The position numbers and the translations under genes are program-made. Below, piece by piece: positions 1-10,116 of a stretch of DNA of 64,000 bases. The notes under the pieces are model-generated. The model did no database searches. It saw only the letters and a program-made list of their open reading frames with translations, and was not told the DNA's origin. The stretch lies in assembly GCA_029855935.1 (NCBI GenBank), contig JAGSHN010000016.1, forward strand, positions 96,001 through 160,000, given 5' to 3'. This stretch comes from Candidatus Thorarchaeota archaeon (GTDB taxonomy: Archaea; Asgardarchaeota; Thorarchaeia; Thorarchaeales; Thorarchaeaceae). How positions within the stretch are numbered: position 1 is the first letter of the stretch; each line of letters begins with the position of its first letter.

Positions 1-270
1 TTCGCCCTCGACCGTGACGACAACCTCTATGCCCACCTTTATCGTGAAGGGGTTGTTCTCCGAGATCTCTGATGCCTTGACCTTGACGTCACCAGACTCG
101 ATGATTGTCTTCTCCAGCGGATACTCCTTGTCATCGACCTTGAATGGCTCTATGGCGATGGCAGTCCCTGGCGAGAGGGAGTTCTTGATCTTGAACTGGA
201 ATCCATTGTCCACGTTTGTGAGACTGCCCTTGACGTAGAGCTTTCTCAGCAGGAAGCTTGGTATCTGCAT
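1..270 (-). CDS. Small beta-rich hypothetical protein, DUF6379-like; 3' end runs off the window
   Basis: Not in the ORF track. Manual translation from ATG at 270: MQIPSFLLRKLYVKGSLTNVDNGFQFKIKNSLSPGTAIAIEPFKVDDKEY..., open to the window edge; TATA-like TATAAAAA upstream (~324-331). Confidence 0.7.
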   Translation of the reverse strand, partial: MQIPSFLLRKLYVKGSLTNVDNGFQFKIKNSLSPGTAIAIEPFKVDDKEYPLEKTIIESGDVKVKASEISENNPFTIKVGIEVVVTVEGE

Positions 271-446
271 AGTATCATCGCTCCATATGGTCTTGTGGTC
301 CTGCATTGACCTGTCGTCTGCAGTTTTTATACGTTCCGAGTGAACATCAACGCTAGGCCCGACTAGTGCCCCCGATCACACAGGTATGACAGAAGGGGGC
401 GGGCGGACCTCATCACCCGACGCCACGACTGCCGTCTTGCCGTACT

Positions 447-3400
447 CTAGATGTCTCCGGGCTTGAGCATCTTGGTACGCGCTTGAAAGATCGGTCCCGT
501 GATGCCCATTACTATCTTCACAAGATCCGGGTTCTCACTCACAATGCCGATGACGTCACGATCGGCCCCTGACGCTGGCGCGAGCATGACCTCCTCGCTG
601 TCGATGATGCATGCGTAGAGGTCCTTTTCTCCACGCACCCTGACACGGATGTTGCCTCGGCCGACGAGCGGGCCAGCACGCTCCGCCAACAGTGGTCCCT
701 CTGTGACGACGAGTTCTACGCCCACCACGGACTTCAGCCCCGTCAACAGATCGGTCGGTATCTCCCGCGGGTCTGGGACAATCATCGTCACCTTCGACTT
801 GGCGCGCTGGAGCATATCCGCCATGTGGGTCAGCACGGCATTCCGGCCGGACACGAGCCACGTGTTCTTGGCGCCCGGGAACTCTGTCTGACGCAGCATA
901 TCCTTCACACGAGACAGCATCTCGGCCACATCCTCGGTGCCACTGACAGTGACGGCCCCTGCGAATGTTTCGTCGAGGTACTCGTCGGAGATGCCGAGCA
1001 TAGGCGATGCCTCCGCCTCTTTGAGTAGTCTCTCCAGCGACCCGACTATCCCGTCCACGGTCTTGTTGATGGCGTCGAATCCCCTACCAATGCCCTCCTC
1101 AAGGTCAGTCCGCAGTGTATTCAAGAGACCCCTCGCGCCGTCGATTCCTGCCGCCACCCTATCGCTGGCGGCCTGAGCAAGGGCATCTGCGGTACTCGCC
1201 GCCGATTCTTGGAGTTTCTCGCCGGTGTCTGTGATACTGGAGCGACCGGACTCCGCAGCACCCTCTAGGGCCGTCTTGTGCTTCTCCACGAGCTGGTCGA
1301 CCTGAATCTCGTACCGGTTACTGGCGTGTTCTATCTGGCTGACCATCTCGTCACACTGTGTCGAAATATCACTGGCAACGGACTCCAGTGTGGAGCGGAC
1401 GCCGGACTTCACGGATTCTTCTGTTCTCGCCAGTTGTGTCACTGTTTCAGAGAATGTCTCGGTCAGAGATTCGCTTGCTGTTGTGAGCGACTCGACAGAT
1501 GCCTCTCTTGTCTGCGCCAGACGGTCCTTGGCAGACTCCTCCGCCTGCGACAGCTGCTGTAACATTGCAGCATTGATCTCTGTCATTCGCTCCTTCAAAT
1601 CGGATATGTGACTGCCTATGTCCTCCGCGATGGATGATTTCATAGCTATACTCGCATCTGCAATCCCAGTGCTCAGATTGTTCACCAGCGACTCAGTTGC
1701 ATCGGAGAGTGTCACTCTGGCCTCCTCCGTCGACCTTGAGAGAGTGTCACCCGACATACTGAGGTCTCGTTTCGTGGACGCTACACTGTCGGCAATCGTG
1801 CCTCCCAGCGACTCGAGGATGGCACTCGTCTCTTGAACCATTGAGTCCACGGACTGTCTCGTTGCCATCGCTATCTCACTCTCTCTCTGTTTGATACTCT
1901 CGACGGTGCGCTGGCGTGTCTCGTCAATCTGCTCAATCAGTGATCTGTGAACCTCGCCGACCGTGTTCACTAGCCTATCGAGGTGCTGCGACTGAAGGCT
2001 CAGGCTGTCTGCCACAGTGCTGCTAATGCGGGAGGACATCTCATCGTGACGGCTCCGGTAGTCGGCCAGCCGCTGGGTCATCGAGGTGTCTATTGTCTCA
2101 AGCCGTGTCTTCACAGTGGTCGTGACCTCGTCGATGGCTGACCTTGTCAGATCGTTGACAGTGGACACAGTCTCCTCAACAGCCTGCTCTATCGCCCTCT
2201 GCACCTGCTCTGCCATTGCCTGGACGCGTTCCGCGGCCGAGGATGCAAGCCGCTCCAGTTGTCCGCGCAGAGAGTCCACGACTTGGGTGAGGTCCTGTGA
2301 CAGACTCGTTCTCGTGCTGTCCAGAAGACTTGTAGAGCTGTTGAGAGCCTCACGGTTGAGTTCGGTCAGGCTGTCCCCTAGCTGACGGACCACGGAGTCC
2401 ACATCCTCTTTCAGAGACTGCACCCCCGCCCGCGTCTTCGCATCTGCCTCCTCTGTCGCTGCGGCAGCGCTCTGGAGAAGAGTGGTCCCTGCATCAGCAG
2501 CGACACCGCTCATCGACGCGGCCGCGCCCTCGACGGTCCGTCCCACCTGCCCCGCAAACCCCTCAAGTTGTTGTCCAAGGGAATCTCTGGCCGATGCGGT
2601 GGCCTCTTCGAGACTGTTCATAGTCGAGTCGATGGACTGTCTTAGTGCCTCGATACTCTCTCTCTGTTTCGCATCGTGCTGACTCAGTGCTGTTGTTGCA
2701 CCTTGGCGGAACTCCTCGACGGCCTGTTGCAGGCCCTCATTGAGTCCGTCGACGTGCTCCGTCATACTATTCTGAATCTTGTCCAGAGATGCTATGACTC
2801 CCTCTGTGGTGTCCTTCAGAGTGGAGTCTAGGCTGGACCCCAGCGTGTTGAGTACGTTGGAGATGTCTGTTGCGACCTGTTGCAGTGCCGAGACGGTCTG
2901 ATCACGGGCCGACTCAAGGCTGCCCGTACTATCGCCGGCGGCCGTTTCCACCGTATCGCGTGCGGAGGATATCGTTCTCTCGGTCTCGCTCTCAGCTCTC
3001 TGCGCTAGGCCGTCAACTGATGAACTGACCCTGTCCTTCAGTCCATCAACGCCAACTCGCAGCTCGTTGACAAGATCCTGTCCGCTGCTCTTGGCGGCAG
3101 ATCCCCACGACGTGAGATCAGCAACGAGTGCGCTTGTGGTGCTGCTCAGAGTGTTACGAAGCTCCGCTATGGCCGGCTCTATCTGCTCCGGGAGCTGACT
3201 CTTCCACTCGCCTGCTGCAGTGGCGATGTCACGCGAGACTGCCCCACGCGTGTCCGCCAGAGACGTGATAGCAGTGTCGACCTTTGTGGCAATCTTTGTC
3301 AATGCCTCATCTCTGACTCCTGAGCCCTCTGTTCCTGCCCTCTCCACCTCGGCAATGGCATCCTGCACAGTCTTGACGACAGCATCGCGGACCTTGGTGG

Positions 3401-3707
3401 CAGCATCCCTGACTTGCTGCTTCAGGTCCTCGCGAATTCTAGCTATCTGTTCTCCCACGCCCTGCAGCTCTTGGGCGATGCCCTCGAATGGTGGTATCGC
3501 CTGATAGCGAGGGACAATGCCGGGTACCTTGGTGAGCACCTCCTTTGACACTAGGCCTCTGACGATCTCTTCAGCCTCGTCAAGGCCCACATCCATCATC
3601 AATGCCACGTCGCCGATCGTGAGACTTCCGGTCGACAGTACGAGCGAGTATGCTTTGAACTCTCTCTCATCAAGTCCTGTGATCCTCTGAAGAATATCCT
3701 CAGCCAT
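447..3707 (-). CDS. TrmB-family protein: N-terminal wHTH, ~850-aa amphipathic helical insert, C-terminal TrmB effector-type domain
   Basis: N-term GLDEREFKAYSLVLSTGSLTIGDVA...RYQAIPP is a TrmB HTH; C-term TWLVSGRNAVLTHMADMLQRAKSKVTMIVP...IIDSEEVMLAP is a TrmB effector-type domain; the middle is A/S/E/T/L-rich and nearly Pro-free. Confidence 0.8.
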   Translation of the reverse strand: MAEDILQRITGLDEREFKAYSLVLSTGSLTIGDVALMMDVGLDEAEEIVRGLVSKEVLTKVPGIVPRYQAIPPFEGIAQELQGVGEQIARIREDLKQQVRDAATKVRDAVVKTVQDAIAEVERAGTEGSGVRDEALTKIATKVDTAITSLADTRGAVSRDIATAAGEWKSQLPEQIEPAIAELRNTLSSTTSALVADLTSWGSAAKSSGQDLVNELRVGVDGLKDRVSSSVDGLAQRAESETERTISSARDTVETAAGDSTGSLESARDQTVSALQQVATDISNVLNTLGSSLDSTLKDTTEGVIASLDKIQNSMTEHVDGLNEGLQQAVEEFRQGATTALSQHDAKQRESIEALRQSIDSTMNSLEEATASARDSLGQQLEGFAGQVGRTVEGAAASMSGVAADAGTTLLQSAAAATEEADAKTRAGVQSLKEDVDSVVRQLGDSLTELNREALNSSTSLLDSTRTSLSQDLTQVVDSLRGQLERLASSAAERVQAMAEQVQRAIEQAVEETVSTVNDLTRSAIDEVTTTVKTRLETIDTSMTQRLADYRSRHDEMSSRISSTVADSLSLQSQHLDRLVNTVGEVHRSLIEQIDETRQRTVESIKQRESEIAMATRQSVDSMVQETSAILESLGGTIADSVASTKRDLSMSGDTLSRSTEEARVTLSDATESLVNNLSTGIADASIAMKSSIAEDIGSHISDLKERMTEINAAMLQQLSQAEESAKDRLAQTREASVESLTTASESLTETFSETVTQLARTEESVKSGVRSTLESVASDISTQCDEMVSQIEHASNRYEIQVDQLVEKHKTALEGAAESGRSSITDTGEKLQESAASTADALAQAASDRVAAGIDGARGLLNTLRTDLEEGIGRGFDAINKTVDGIVGSLERLLKEAEASPMLGISDEYLDETFAGAVTVSGTEDVAEMLSRVKDMLRQTEFPGAKNTWLVSGRNAVLTHMADMLQRAKSKVTMIVPDPREIPTDLLTGLKSVVGVELVVTEGPLLAERAGPLVGRGNIRVRVRGEKDLYACIIDSEEVMLAPASGADRDVIGIVSENPDLVKIVMGITGPIFQARTKMLKPGDI

Positions 3708-3965
3708 TGGCCTCTCCTCTGTCCAGTCCAGTGAATGTGGTGCATATGTGAGCGGTTCCTAATACTTGTATCGTTCACTCCGGGGCGTCTCCAGTGCTAG
3801 AGTCTCGGTGATCTCAAGACCCTGCACTCACCTGCGACCTCGTGCCTGACATCTGTCATCGATGAGACGCGGAGGCAGGGCGGGAGAATACCGGCTCTGA
3901 CGTGTTGAGCAATGAGTAGTGACATCTCTTCTGCTAGCCTCGGAGTCGGTCCGGCCCGGGACTGC

Positions 3966-5144
3966 TCAACCCGCGAGCTGAGTGATCCTGCGGACAGTGA
4001 CCCCGCCTGGTATGCCTGTGATGATGACATCTGGCTCCAGGCCAGTCTCCATCTGATATTGCCGACCGACAGCAATTGCAATGTCACGTGCGTCGGACCT
4101 CTCTGCCAGTATCACGACGGATCCCCCTAGACCCGCTCCCGTCAGACGTGCTCCCACTACGCCCCTCTGCTGACGAGCAATCTCTACCAACAGGTCGAGG
4201 TTCGGATGTGACACCTCAAAGAGCTCCTTTGAGCTGCTATGAGACTCGTACAGGAGCTCTCCGAACTCCCTGTAGCGACCGTCTCGCAGGAGCCGAACAC
4301 CGCGTCTTACGCGCTCGTTCTCTCTTACGACGTGTTCGACTCTCTTTCCGAGAGCTGTTCCAACGGTATCGATTGCACGTTCCAGATGCCCGACCCGCAA
4401 TTGACCGAGTGCCGAGATGTCCCATCCTGCTCGTCTCAGGGCGATGACGGCTCTGTCACACTCAATTCTTCGTTCGTTGAGGGCATCACCAGCGGTCCGC
4501 GAGACGCCCGAGTCTATGATCAATATAGCCAGCTCAGGCGGTAGAGCGACATCTGCAGTCTGCATGTTGGCACAGTGGATCTCAAGAAGCGAGTCAGGTC
4601 TGCACAGTTGGGCTGTGAACTGGTCCATGATGCCACATGACACACCGCAGAACAGACGCTCGGCCTCGAAGGCAATCATTGCCAGTGACTTTGGCTCCAT
4701 CTGCAGACCGTTCAGGTGGGCTACGAGGTTTACGATGGCGACCTCAAGGGCCGCGGACGAGCTGAGCCCCGCACGTATGGGGACACTGCCATCAATGACG
4801 GCTGTCATCCCGGTGGTGGGTCTCCCCCGACGCTCAAGGGCCCAGAATACTCCCCGGACGTAGTCGTGCCACTCATTGGTGAGCGCTCTGTGCTGGCCAA
4901 TGTGGTCAAATTCTACGGTCTCGTCGAAGATCAGTGAGCGCACGGTCACACGCTCGGAGGGCACCCCGAGTGCCCAGACATAACGCTCTATTGTGGCTGC
5001 CAACACCAGTCCGCCATTGTAGTCCGTGTGATTGCCAAGTATCTCCACTCGTCCCGGCGCCTGTGCCAGTACCAGCTCGCTGTCCTCCGAGACATCTGTC
5101 AGGGTCTGCAGTTCCTCCAAGAGGCGCGGGACCACTCCGGTCAT
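3966..5144 (-). CDS. galK: Galactokinase
   Basis: APGRVEILGNHTDYNGG, PIRAGLSSSAALE, CGIMDQ, GARLTGAGLGG GHMP motifs; ATG at 5144 overlaps the galT stop (TGATG). Confidence 0.9.
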   Translation of the reverse strand: MTGVVPRLLEELQTLTDVSEDSELVLAQAPGRVEILGNHTDYNGGLVLAATIERYVWALGVPSERVTVRSLIFDETVEFDHIGQHRALTNEWHDYVRGVFWALERRGRPTTGMTAVIDGSVPIRAGLSSSAALEVAIVNLVAHLNGLQMEPKSLAMIAFEAERLFCGVSCGIMDQFTAQLCRPDSLLEIHCANMQTADVALPPELAILIIDSGVSRTAGDALNERRIECDRAVIALRRAGWDISALGQLRVGHLERAIDTVGTALGKRVEHVVRENERVRRGVRLLRDGRYREFGELLYESHSSSKELFEVSHPNLDLLVEIARQQRGVVGARLTGAGLGGSVVILAERSDARDIAIAVGRQYQMETGLEPDVIITGIPGGVTVRRITQLAG

Positions 5145-6085
5145 CAGATCGCCTCTCTCAGCTCGTGAGCCCTGTCCTCTGGTAGCGAGTCGTTGGTGTA
5201 CGTCCAGGCACCAGTTTCCACGCCCGCGAGGTACTTCCGTAGTCGTCTGTCGCGCCACGGGGGATACATCTCGACGTGGAAATGCCAGCAGCCCGTCGAC
5301 GGCTTCACTGGGGCGTCGTGCAGGACCATCACGTACGCCAGTTCGTCAAAGACAGCCACATAGCGCCGGACGATGTCCTGTACCATCCGGGCAAGCCCTG
5401 GGAGGAGTTCGCCGAGGTCTGACAGAGACCGCACGTGGCGCCTCGGGTAGATGTGAACCTCATATGGGAGGCGAGCTGCAAAGGGGACGATTGCCACAAA
5501 CTCGTCGTCCTGTGTCACCACTCTGTCCCCCGACTTTAGTTCGCCCTCAATGGTCTGACAGAGGAGACACTCCCCCTCGCTCTTCCAGACCTTGTCGAAC
5601 TGTCTCAGCTCGCGTTCGATTCGCGGAGGGACGAACGGTAGGGCATAGGCCTGAGCGTGGGGATGGTCTAGGCTGACTCCAATGGCCCGCCCCCTGTTCT
5701 CAAAGATCAGGACGTATTCGATGCCATCAATCGACCCGAGTTCCTCTCTCACGCGAACGTACTCCTCAAAGACACGAACCAACTGTTTCTCGTCCATCCT
5801 CTCAATCTGCTCGTCGTGGTTCGGAGACAGCACTATGACCCTGCACTCACCGTATGCCGGTGTCTCCATGACATAGCCCTCGCGCATCGGCAGCAGTCCG
5901 GCGCCAGTGCTCAGAGCGGCGTATCTGTTGCTCAGTGTCAGAACATCCCATCCCTCGGCCGTCTCAGGCTGGCCGGGACAGAACGGGCAGGGGTGTTCCG
6001 GGTCTTGGAACGGCCGCTGAGCGCGTTCCGGTGTCACTATGACCCACTCGCCGAGGAGGGCATTCCAGCGGAGCGTGTTCATCAT
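5144..6085 (-). CDS. galT: Galactose-1-phosphate uridylyltransferase
   Basis: RWNALLGEWV, CPFCPG, FENRGRAIGVSLDHPHAQ (HxH catalytic motif), HFHVE. Confidence 0.92.
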   Translation of the reverse strand: MMNTLRWNALLGEWVIVTPERAQRPFQDPEHPCPFCPGQPETAEGWDVLTLSNRYAALSTGAGLLPMREGYVMETPAYGECRVIVLSPNHDEQIERMDEKQLVRVFEEYVRVREELGSIDGIEYVLIFENRGRAIGVSLDHPHAQAYALPFVPPRIERELRQFDKVWKSEGECLLCQTIEGELKSGDRVVTQDDEFVAIVPFAARLPYEVHIYPRRHVRSLSDLGELLPGLARMVQDIVRRYVAVFDELAYVMVLHDAPVKPSTGCWHFHVEMYPPWRDRRLRKYLAGVETGAWTYTNDSLPEDRAHELREAI

Positions 6086-6181
6086 CTGACCTCTCTTCGG
6101 GCGTGGACGGCGACCAATATAATGTCACTGTTGAATCAGATATATACTTCAGGTGACCGCACGTGGTGGCGTGTGAATACG

Positions 6182-6958
6182 ATGACCGACGGGCGTACTG
6201 CATTGATCACCGAGCTCGAGATAGCCGGACACCGTGCCTGGCCCGCAGCCGAGGTCCACCGGTTGCACGGCTGGCTGCTTCGTGCGGACAAGGGCATAAC
6301 CAGAAGGGCGAACAGCGTGCTCCCCTGCACGTATTCCGGGGAGGACCCTGATGCAGACATAGATGCTGTGATCTCCTTCTACGGCGACCGCAACCTTACT
6401 CCGATGTTTCAGGTCACCGAGGCGAGCAGTCCCCGTGGCCTTGATGCGATTCTTGATCGGAGAGATTTCGAACGAGAGCTTCAGGTACACGTCCAGACGG
6501 TGGCCCTAGATGGCATCACCGACGGTCTCGGGGCTTCTGATGTGACCATCACTGTGAGTGCGACCATTACTGAGGATTGGCTGAACAACTACCCGTTGGT
6601 GACGGGCTACGATGACGTGACATGTATCGTGCGCAACACAATCATGGCACGAGCGCCATCTCCGAAGGCCTTTGCTCTCGCGTTCGTGGACGGCCGACCT
6701 GCCGGGGTGGGGTTTGCGGTCCTTGATGGTCAGTGGGTGGGACTCTTTGGAATAGCCGTTCACCCGGGCCTTCGCAGGAGGGGCGTTGGAACGGCGGTGA
6801 GTGCACGGCTGATGCACTGGGGAGTGAGCAAAGGGGCGACAGACGCCTACCTGCAGGTCGAGGTTGACAACCATCCTGCGCTTGCGCTGTACAAGCGCCT
6901 AGGCTTCACTACACTCTATACCTACTGGTACCGACTCTACCCTGACTCATCGGCGTAG
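6182..6958 (+). CDS. GNAT family N-acetyltransferase
   Basis: GITRRANSV; IAVHPGLRRRGVG (motif A); YLQVEVDNHPALALYKRLGF. Confidence 0.85.
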   Translation: MTDGRTALITELEIAGHRAWPAAEVHRLHGWLLRADKGITRRANSVLPCTYSGEDPDADIDAVISFYGDRNLTPMFQVTEASSPRGLDAILDRRDFERELQVHVQTVALDGITDGLGASDVTITVSATITEDWLNNYPLVTGYDDVTCIVRNTIMARAPSPKAFALAFVDGRPAGVGFAVLDGQWVGLFGIAVHPGLRRRGVGTAVSARLMHWGVSKGATDAYLQVEVDNHPALALYKRLGFTTLYTYWYRLYPDSSA

Positions 6959-6981
6959 GCCCGTTGATCTGCTGAGATCCA

Positions 6982-7806
6982 TCAGAGGGACTTTGTCAGT
7001 TCCTCGAATGCAGCCTTTATGGCCTTGGCTTGGTCAGAGTCGCCAAAGTGGGGTGGCCTTATGTTCAGTCGGTCTTTCTCGATGTCCACCTCAAGAATCA
7101 TCGCGCCGGGGACCTCGATTCTCAGGCCCGACTTTCCACCGCGCTCGTAACGCTCTGCGTATATCAGGTCGCCGTTCTTGACTGCTGCATAGAGCAGATG
7201 CGCAGCCTTCAGCTCTCCGGGTGAGAGTGCTGTGCTGATCGCTGGCTGCGGGCTGGGTGTCGCCCTCTCTTTCTTCGGCGGTGCAGGTGCTGGTCGTCTT
7301 GGCTCGGCCCTCTTCTCCACAGCAGGGCGCTCTGGTGCTGCAGCCGGTGCCGATTCTGTGGCGCTCTCACGCACCTTGACCGGTGCCACCTCATACTCGC
7401 CTGCCAGGCTCTCGTCGTAAGCGAGGACCTCGTCCTCGAACTTCCAAGGTCTGTTGATGACCCTCTTGAATTCCTCTATGTTGGCCGCGACCTCGGGGTC
7501 ACTCGCGTCCTTCTCCAACATCTCAACCAGACGCGATGTGGCCATACCAATAGTGGTGACGCCGACCTTGTGTCCGCTCTTCTGAGTACTCCGTGCAATT
7601 CGCAGTGTGTGCATCCTTGTCGGCATACTGACGTTCTTGCCGACCCACACCCAGCAGGTGTCATTGTATTCGTCGAGCACGATGAGCGCATTGTTGCTGT
7701 TGACAAGGTCCGGATCCAACTTGACCTCTTCAATCTCGCCTGCGTCATCACGAAGCATTAACATAAACGGCTTTCTGGACAGCGGCTTCTTCGGAATCTC
7801 CAACAC
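6982..7806 (-). CDS. Gelsolin-domain protein (single gelsolin domain, Pro/Ala linker, unknown C-terminal domain)
   Basis: LVNSNNALIVLDEYNDTCWVWVGKNVS matches the gelsolin core L-N-S-x-D-x-F-I-L-D...I-Y-V-W-x-G. Confidence 0.7.
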   Translation of the reverse strand: MLEIPKKPLSRKPFMLMLRDDAGEIEEVKLDPDLVNSNNALIVLDEYNDTCWVWVGKNVSMPTRMHTLRIARSTQKSGHKVGVTTIGMATSRLVEMLEKDASDPEVAANIEEFKRVINRPWKFEDEVLAYDESLAGEYEVAPVKVRESATESAPAAAPERPAVEKRAEPRRPAPAPPKKERATPSPQPAISTALSPGELKAAHLLYAAVKNGDLIYAERYERGGKSGLRIEVPGAMILEVDIEKDRLNIRPPHFGDSDQAKAIKAAFEELTKSL

Positions 7807-7895
7807 ACTCCTTGCTTAGTGCGGTCCCTGAGACAGACCTGCCGCTTCATACATTTAACAGAATCTCGGATGAATCGTTCTGCGTATAGCTACCC

Positions 7896-8159
7896 CTATG
7901 ATGCGAGTCGCGAAGACATATCGAGTTCCACATCGACAACAAGGAGGGTCTGCGTGTCCGCAATTCCGGGAATCCGGCGAATCTTCCGAGTGATATATTC
8001 GACAAGGGTCTCCATGTCACGTCCTCGAATCTCGGCGACGAGGTCAAACTCGCCGAAGACAGTATGAGCCTCCTCGGTCACCGGCATCTCCAAGATCTTG
8101 CGCGCGACCTCGTCTTCTTTTCCGCTCTCAATCTTGATCAGGACGTAGGCCTTTACCAT
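7896..8159 (-). CDS. Stand-alone Lrp/AsnC ligand-binding (RAM) domain protein
   Basis: AYVLIK...EAHTVFGEFDLVAEI...IRRIPGIADTQTL; no HTH. Confidence 0.88.
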   Translation of the reverse strand: MVKAYVLIKIESGKEDEVARKILEMPVTEEAHTVFGEFDLVAEIRGRDMETLVEYITRKIRRIPGIADTQTLLVVDVELDMSSRLAS

Positions 8160-8218
8160 CTGAATGACTCACCGCATCGCCTGACATCTGGCGCCCGTAT
8201 AACTCTTCCCGTCTTGGG

Positions 8219-8670
8219 GGCTCCGTGCAAGAAGTCACCTCCCATCACATCTCAGGAGCTTCAGTCGGTCAATGTTGTGGAGCACCACCTTCAGCAACAC
8301 CTCTCGCCGCTGCTCCCTGTAGCCTTTGGAATTCAGACTCCCTCCGGACCGCACCTTCATCATACTGAAAACGGTTTCCATAAGACTTCTCCTCCCATAC
8401 TTGTGGGTTCGCCTCCACTCCTCAGGACCTCTCTGATACTCCCTGACAAACTCCCTGTACCCGCGATATCTGCGGGGACCGAGCCCTCCGCCCCCTCCTC
8501 GGCTCGATGGCTGGGTATGCACCGAGGTCGGAGATGTACTGGATGTTCGTCATTGATATATGCCCTGTCGTCATAGACGTACTCCAGACGTCTGTGTTGG
8601 TACCTGTTTCAGCAGTGGGACCAGCCCTCTCACATCACCACCGGGTCGCGCCCTTTGTTCAGACCGCGTG
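8219..8670 (-). pseudogene. Degraded IS5-family transposase fragment with a putative right-end IR
   Basis: C-terminal YGRRSLMETVFSMMK...EVLLKVVLHN motif; upstream frameshifted YVYDDRAY (ADKAY-like) segment; GGCTCCGTGCAAGAAG at 8219-8234 resembles IS903-group ends. The left end was not found and the 5' boundary is approximate. Confidence 0.75.
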
Positions 8671-9240
8671 GGCCAATCAAGGAGGTGTTGATTGTCTCTC
8701 ATAGATCCGCAAGGTCCCAGCAGGGAGCAGGGGATTGAGGACCGACCATTCGACAGGAGAGAATGTCGAGACATCACGGATGATTACTGTGCTTCATTCG
8801 TTTCCCCCAGAATTGGCTCGTGCTTGATGTGTTCTCAAGAACTTCACAGTCCGTAGACGGGCATAGTCACTCCGATTGGCACAAGAAAAAGGAATATCGT
8901 ACCAACAATCGGTGCGATAGGGGGTGGGATCTCTCCCGGCTCACCGATGGCGTTCCCAAGAGTGGACATCAACTACTAGCCCGTCTAGAAGAAGCGGGAA
9001 ACAGCTCGCCATCTCATCGAACAACTACTAGCTCAACATTCAGTCTTCGGTGAATCTTGCCTGAGGATTGATCACCTTGACATAGTCGATTGCTGAGGCG
9101 AGATGTACCCAACACCCTGAGGAACAGCATTCTGACAAGACTCATCCCGGTGTTTGCATTGTATTGCGTCTGCACCGATGCTTGATGGAGTGAGATGCAG
9201 GATGAGTTCGTAGAAGAACCGAGACTGTAGTTCATCCTCG

Positions 9241-9354
9241 CCTCGTCTACGAGAATCCCCTCCTTGATAGCCTTTTCCCCCTCAGATGCACGCAAGCCCT
9301 GCTGACCGATTGGCCCTGTGTGGAGAGTCCACAGCAACGAGTTCATATCTACAG
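9241..9354. repeat. Diverged direct repeat, copy A
   Basis: Ungapped manual alignment to 11304-11417 gives about 27 mismatches in 114 nt (~76% identity). Confidence 0.85.
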
Positions 9355-9467
9355 GCTACGCACTGGGCGATTGGGGGTCTCGCTCCAAGACTCGCCGTGG
9401 CCGTCGTCCTCTCTAGTTCGGACGCACGTAGTGACTTATCACGCACCTCTCGACCAATTTGATAGCT

Positions 9468-10097
9468 CTATGCGGACCAATTGGCAGAGACTGGGCGCGG
9501 TGTGCCATTCACGGGAACAAGTTCTAGTCTGTAGGAGTTGCGTTGACGCCTTATCATGCTGAACTGTAGACGAAACCCCTGTCTATGTGCGACACGACTG
9601 GCCCTGTGGTATTCAATGAGATTGACAAGCGCAACAACAGAGGCGAAAGAGGCGCCCGGAAGACCGATGAACATGGCCAACAGGTTGCCCGTGTTCGGAG
9701 AGGGACAGACAGCATTCCACAGTGCCTGTACTATGATTGACCAGGCAATTCCGAGCAACGGGCCGGACAATATCAGAAAGACACGTAGTGCGCCAAGTTG
9801 AACGACGTGGTGATGAAGAGCATCGGTGTACAACCGGTGGACGGGGACGTACAGAAGCAGGCCGACCATTCCACCTGCGGTGATACAGAGGTACAGGACG
9901 GGCTTCACACGTTCAACGCCCAAGAATGCAACCAGAGCACCATCTACGGGATTGTGAACAATGAAGACATAGGGCGACAGGAGATAGGGCAATAGGATGA
10001 TGAGCAGGAGTGGCAAGGTCATCAGGTAGAGCCAGTTGGTCCGCACCAGAGGCTGTGGAACTCTCTGGGAATCCGAACCTGTATTGGTCTCGTCCAT
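9468..10097 (-). CDS. Hypothetical 4-TM membrane protein (candidate immunity protein)
   Basis: Four hydrophobic segments and a basic C-tail; SD-like GGGGTGA before ATG at 10097; 19 nt downstream of the preceding stop. Confidence 0.7.
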   Translation of the reverse strand: MDETNTGSDSQRVPQPLVRTNWLYLMTLPLLLIILLPYLLSPYVFIVHNPVDGALVAFLGVERVKPVLYLCITAGGMVGLLLYVPVHRLYTDALHHHVVQLGALRVFLILSGPLLGIAWSIIVQALWNAVCPSPNTGNLLAMFIGLPGASFASVVALVNLIEYHRASRVAHRQGFRLQFSMIRRQRNSYRLELVPVNGTPRPVSANWSA

Positions 10098-10116
10098 CTG
10101 TATCACCCCCTGCGGA

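Noticed and set aside
9014-9346. 110-aa ORF as an intact gene
   Set aside because: First third is the diverged repeat and the rest appears frameshifted; treated as a decayed cassette.
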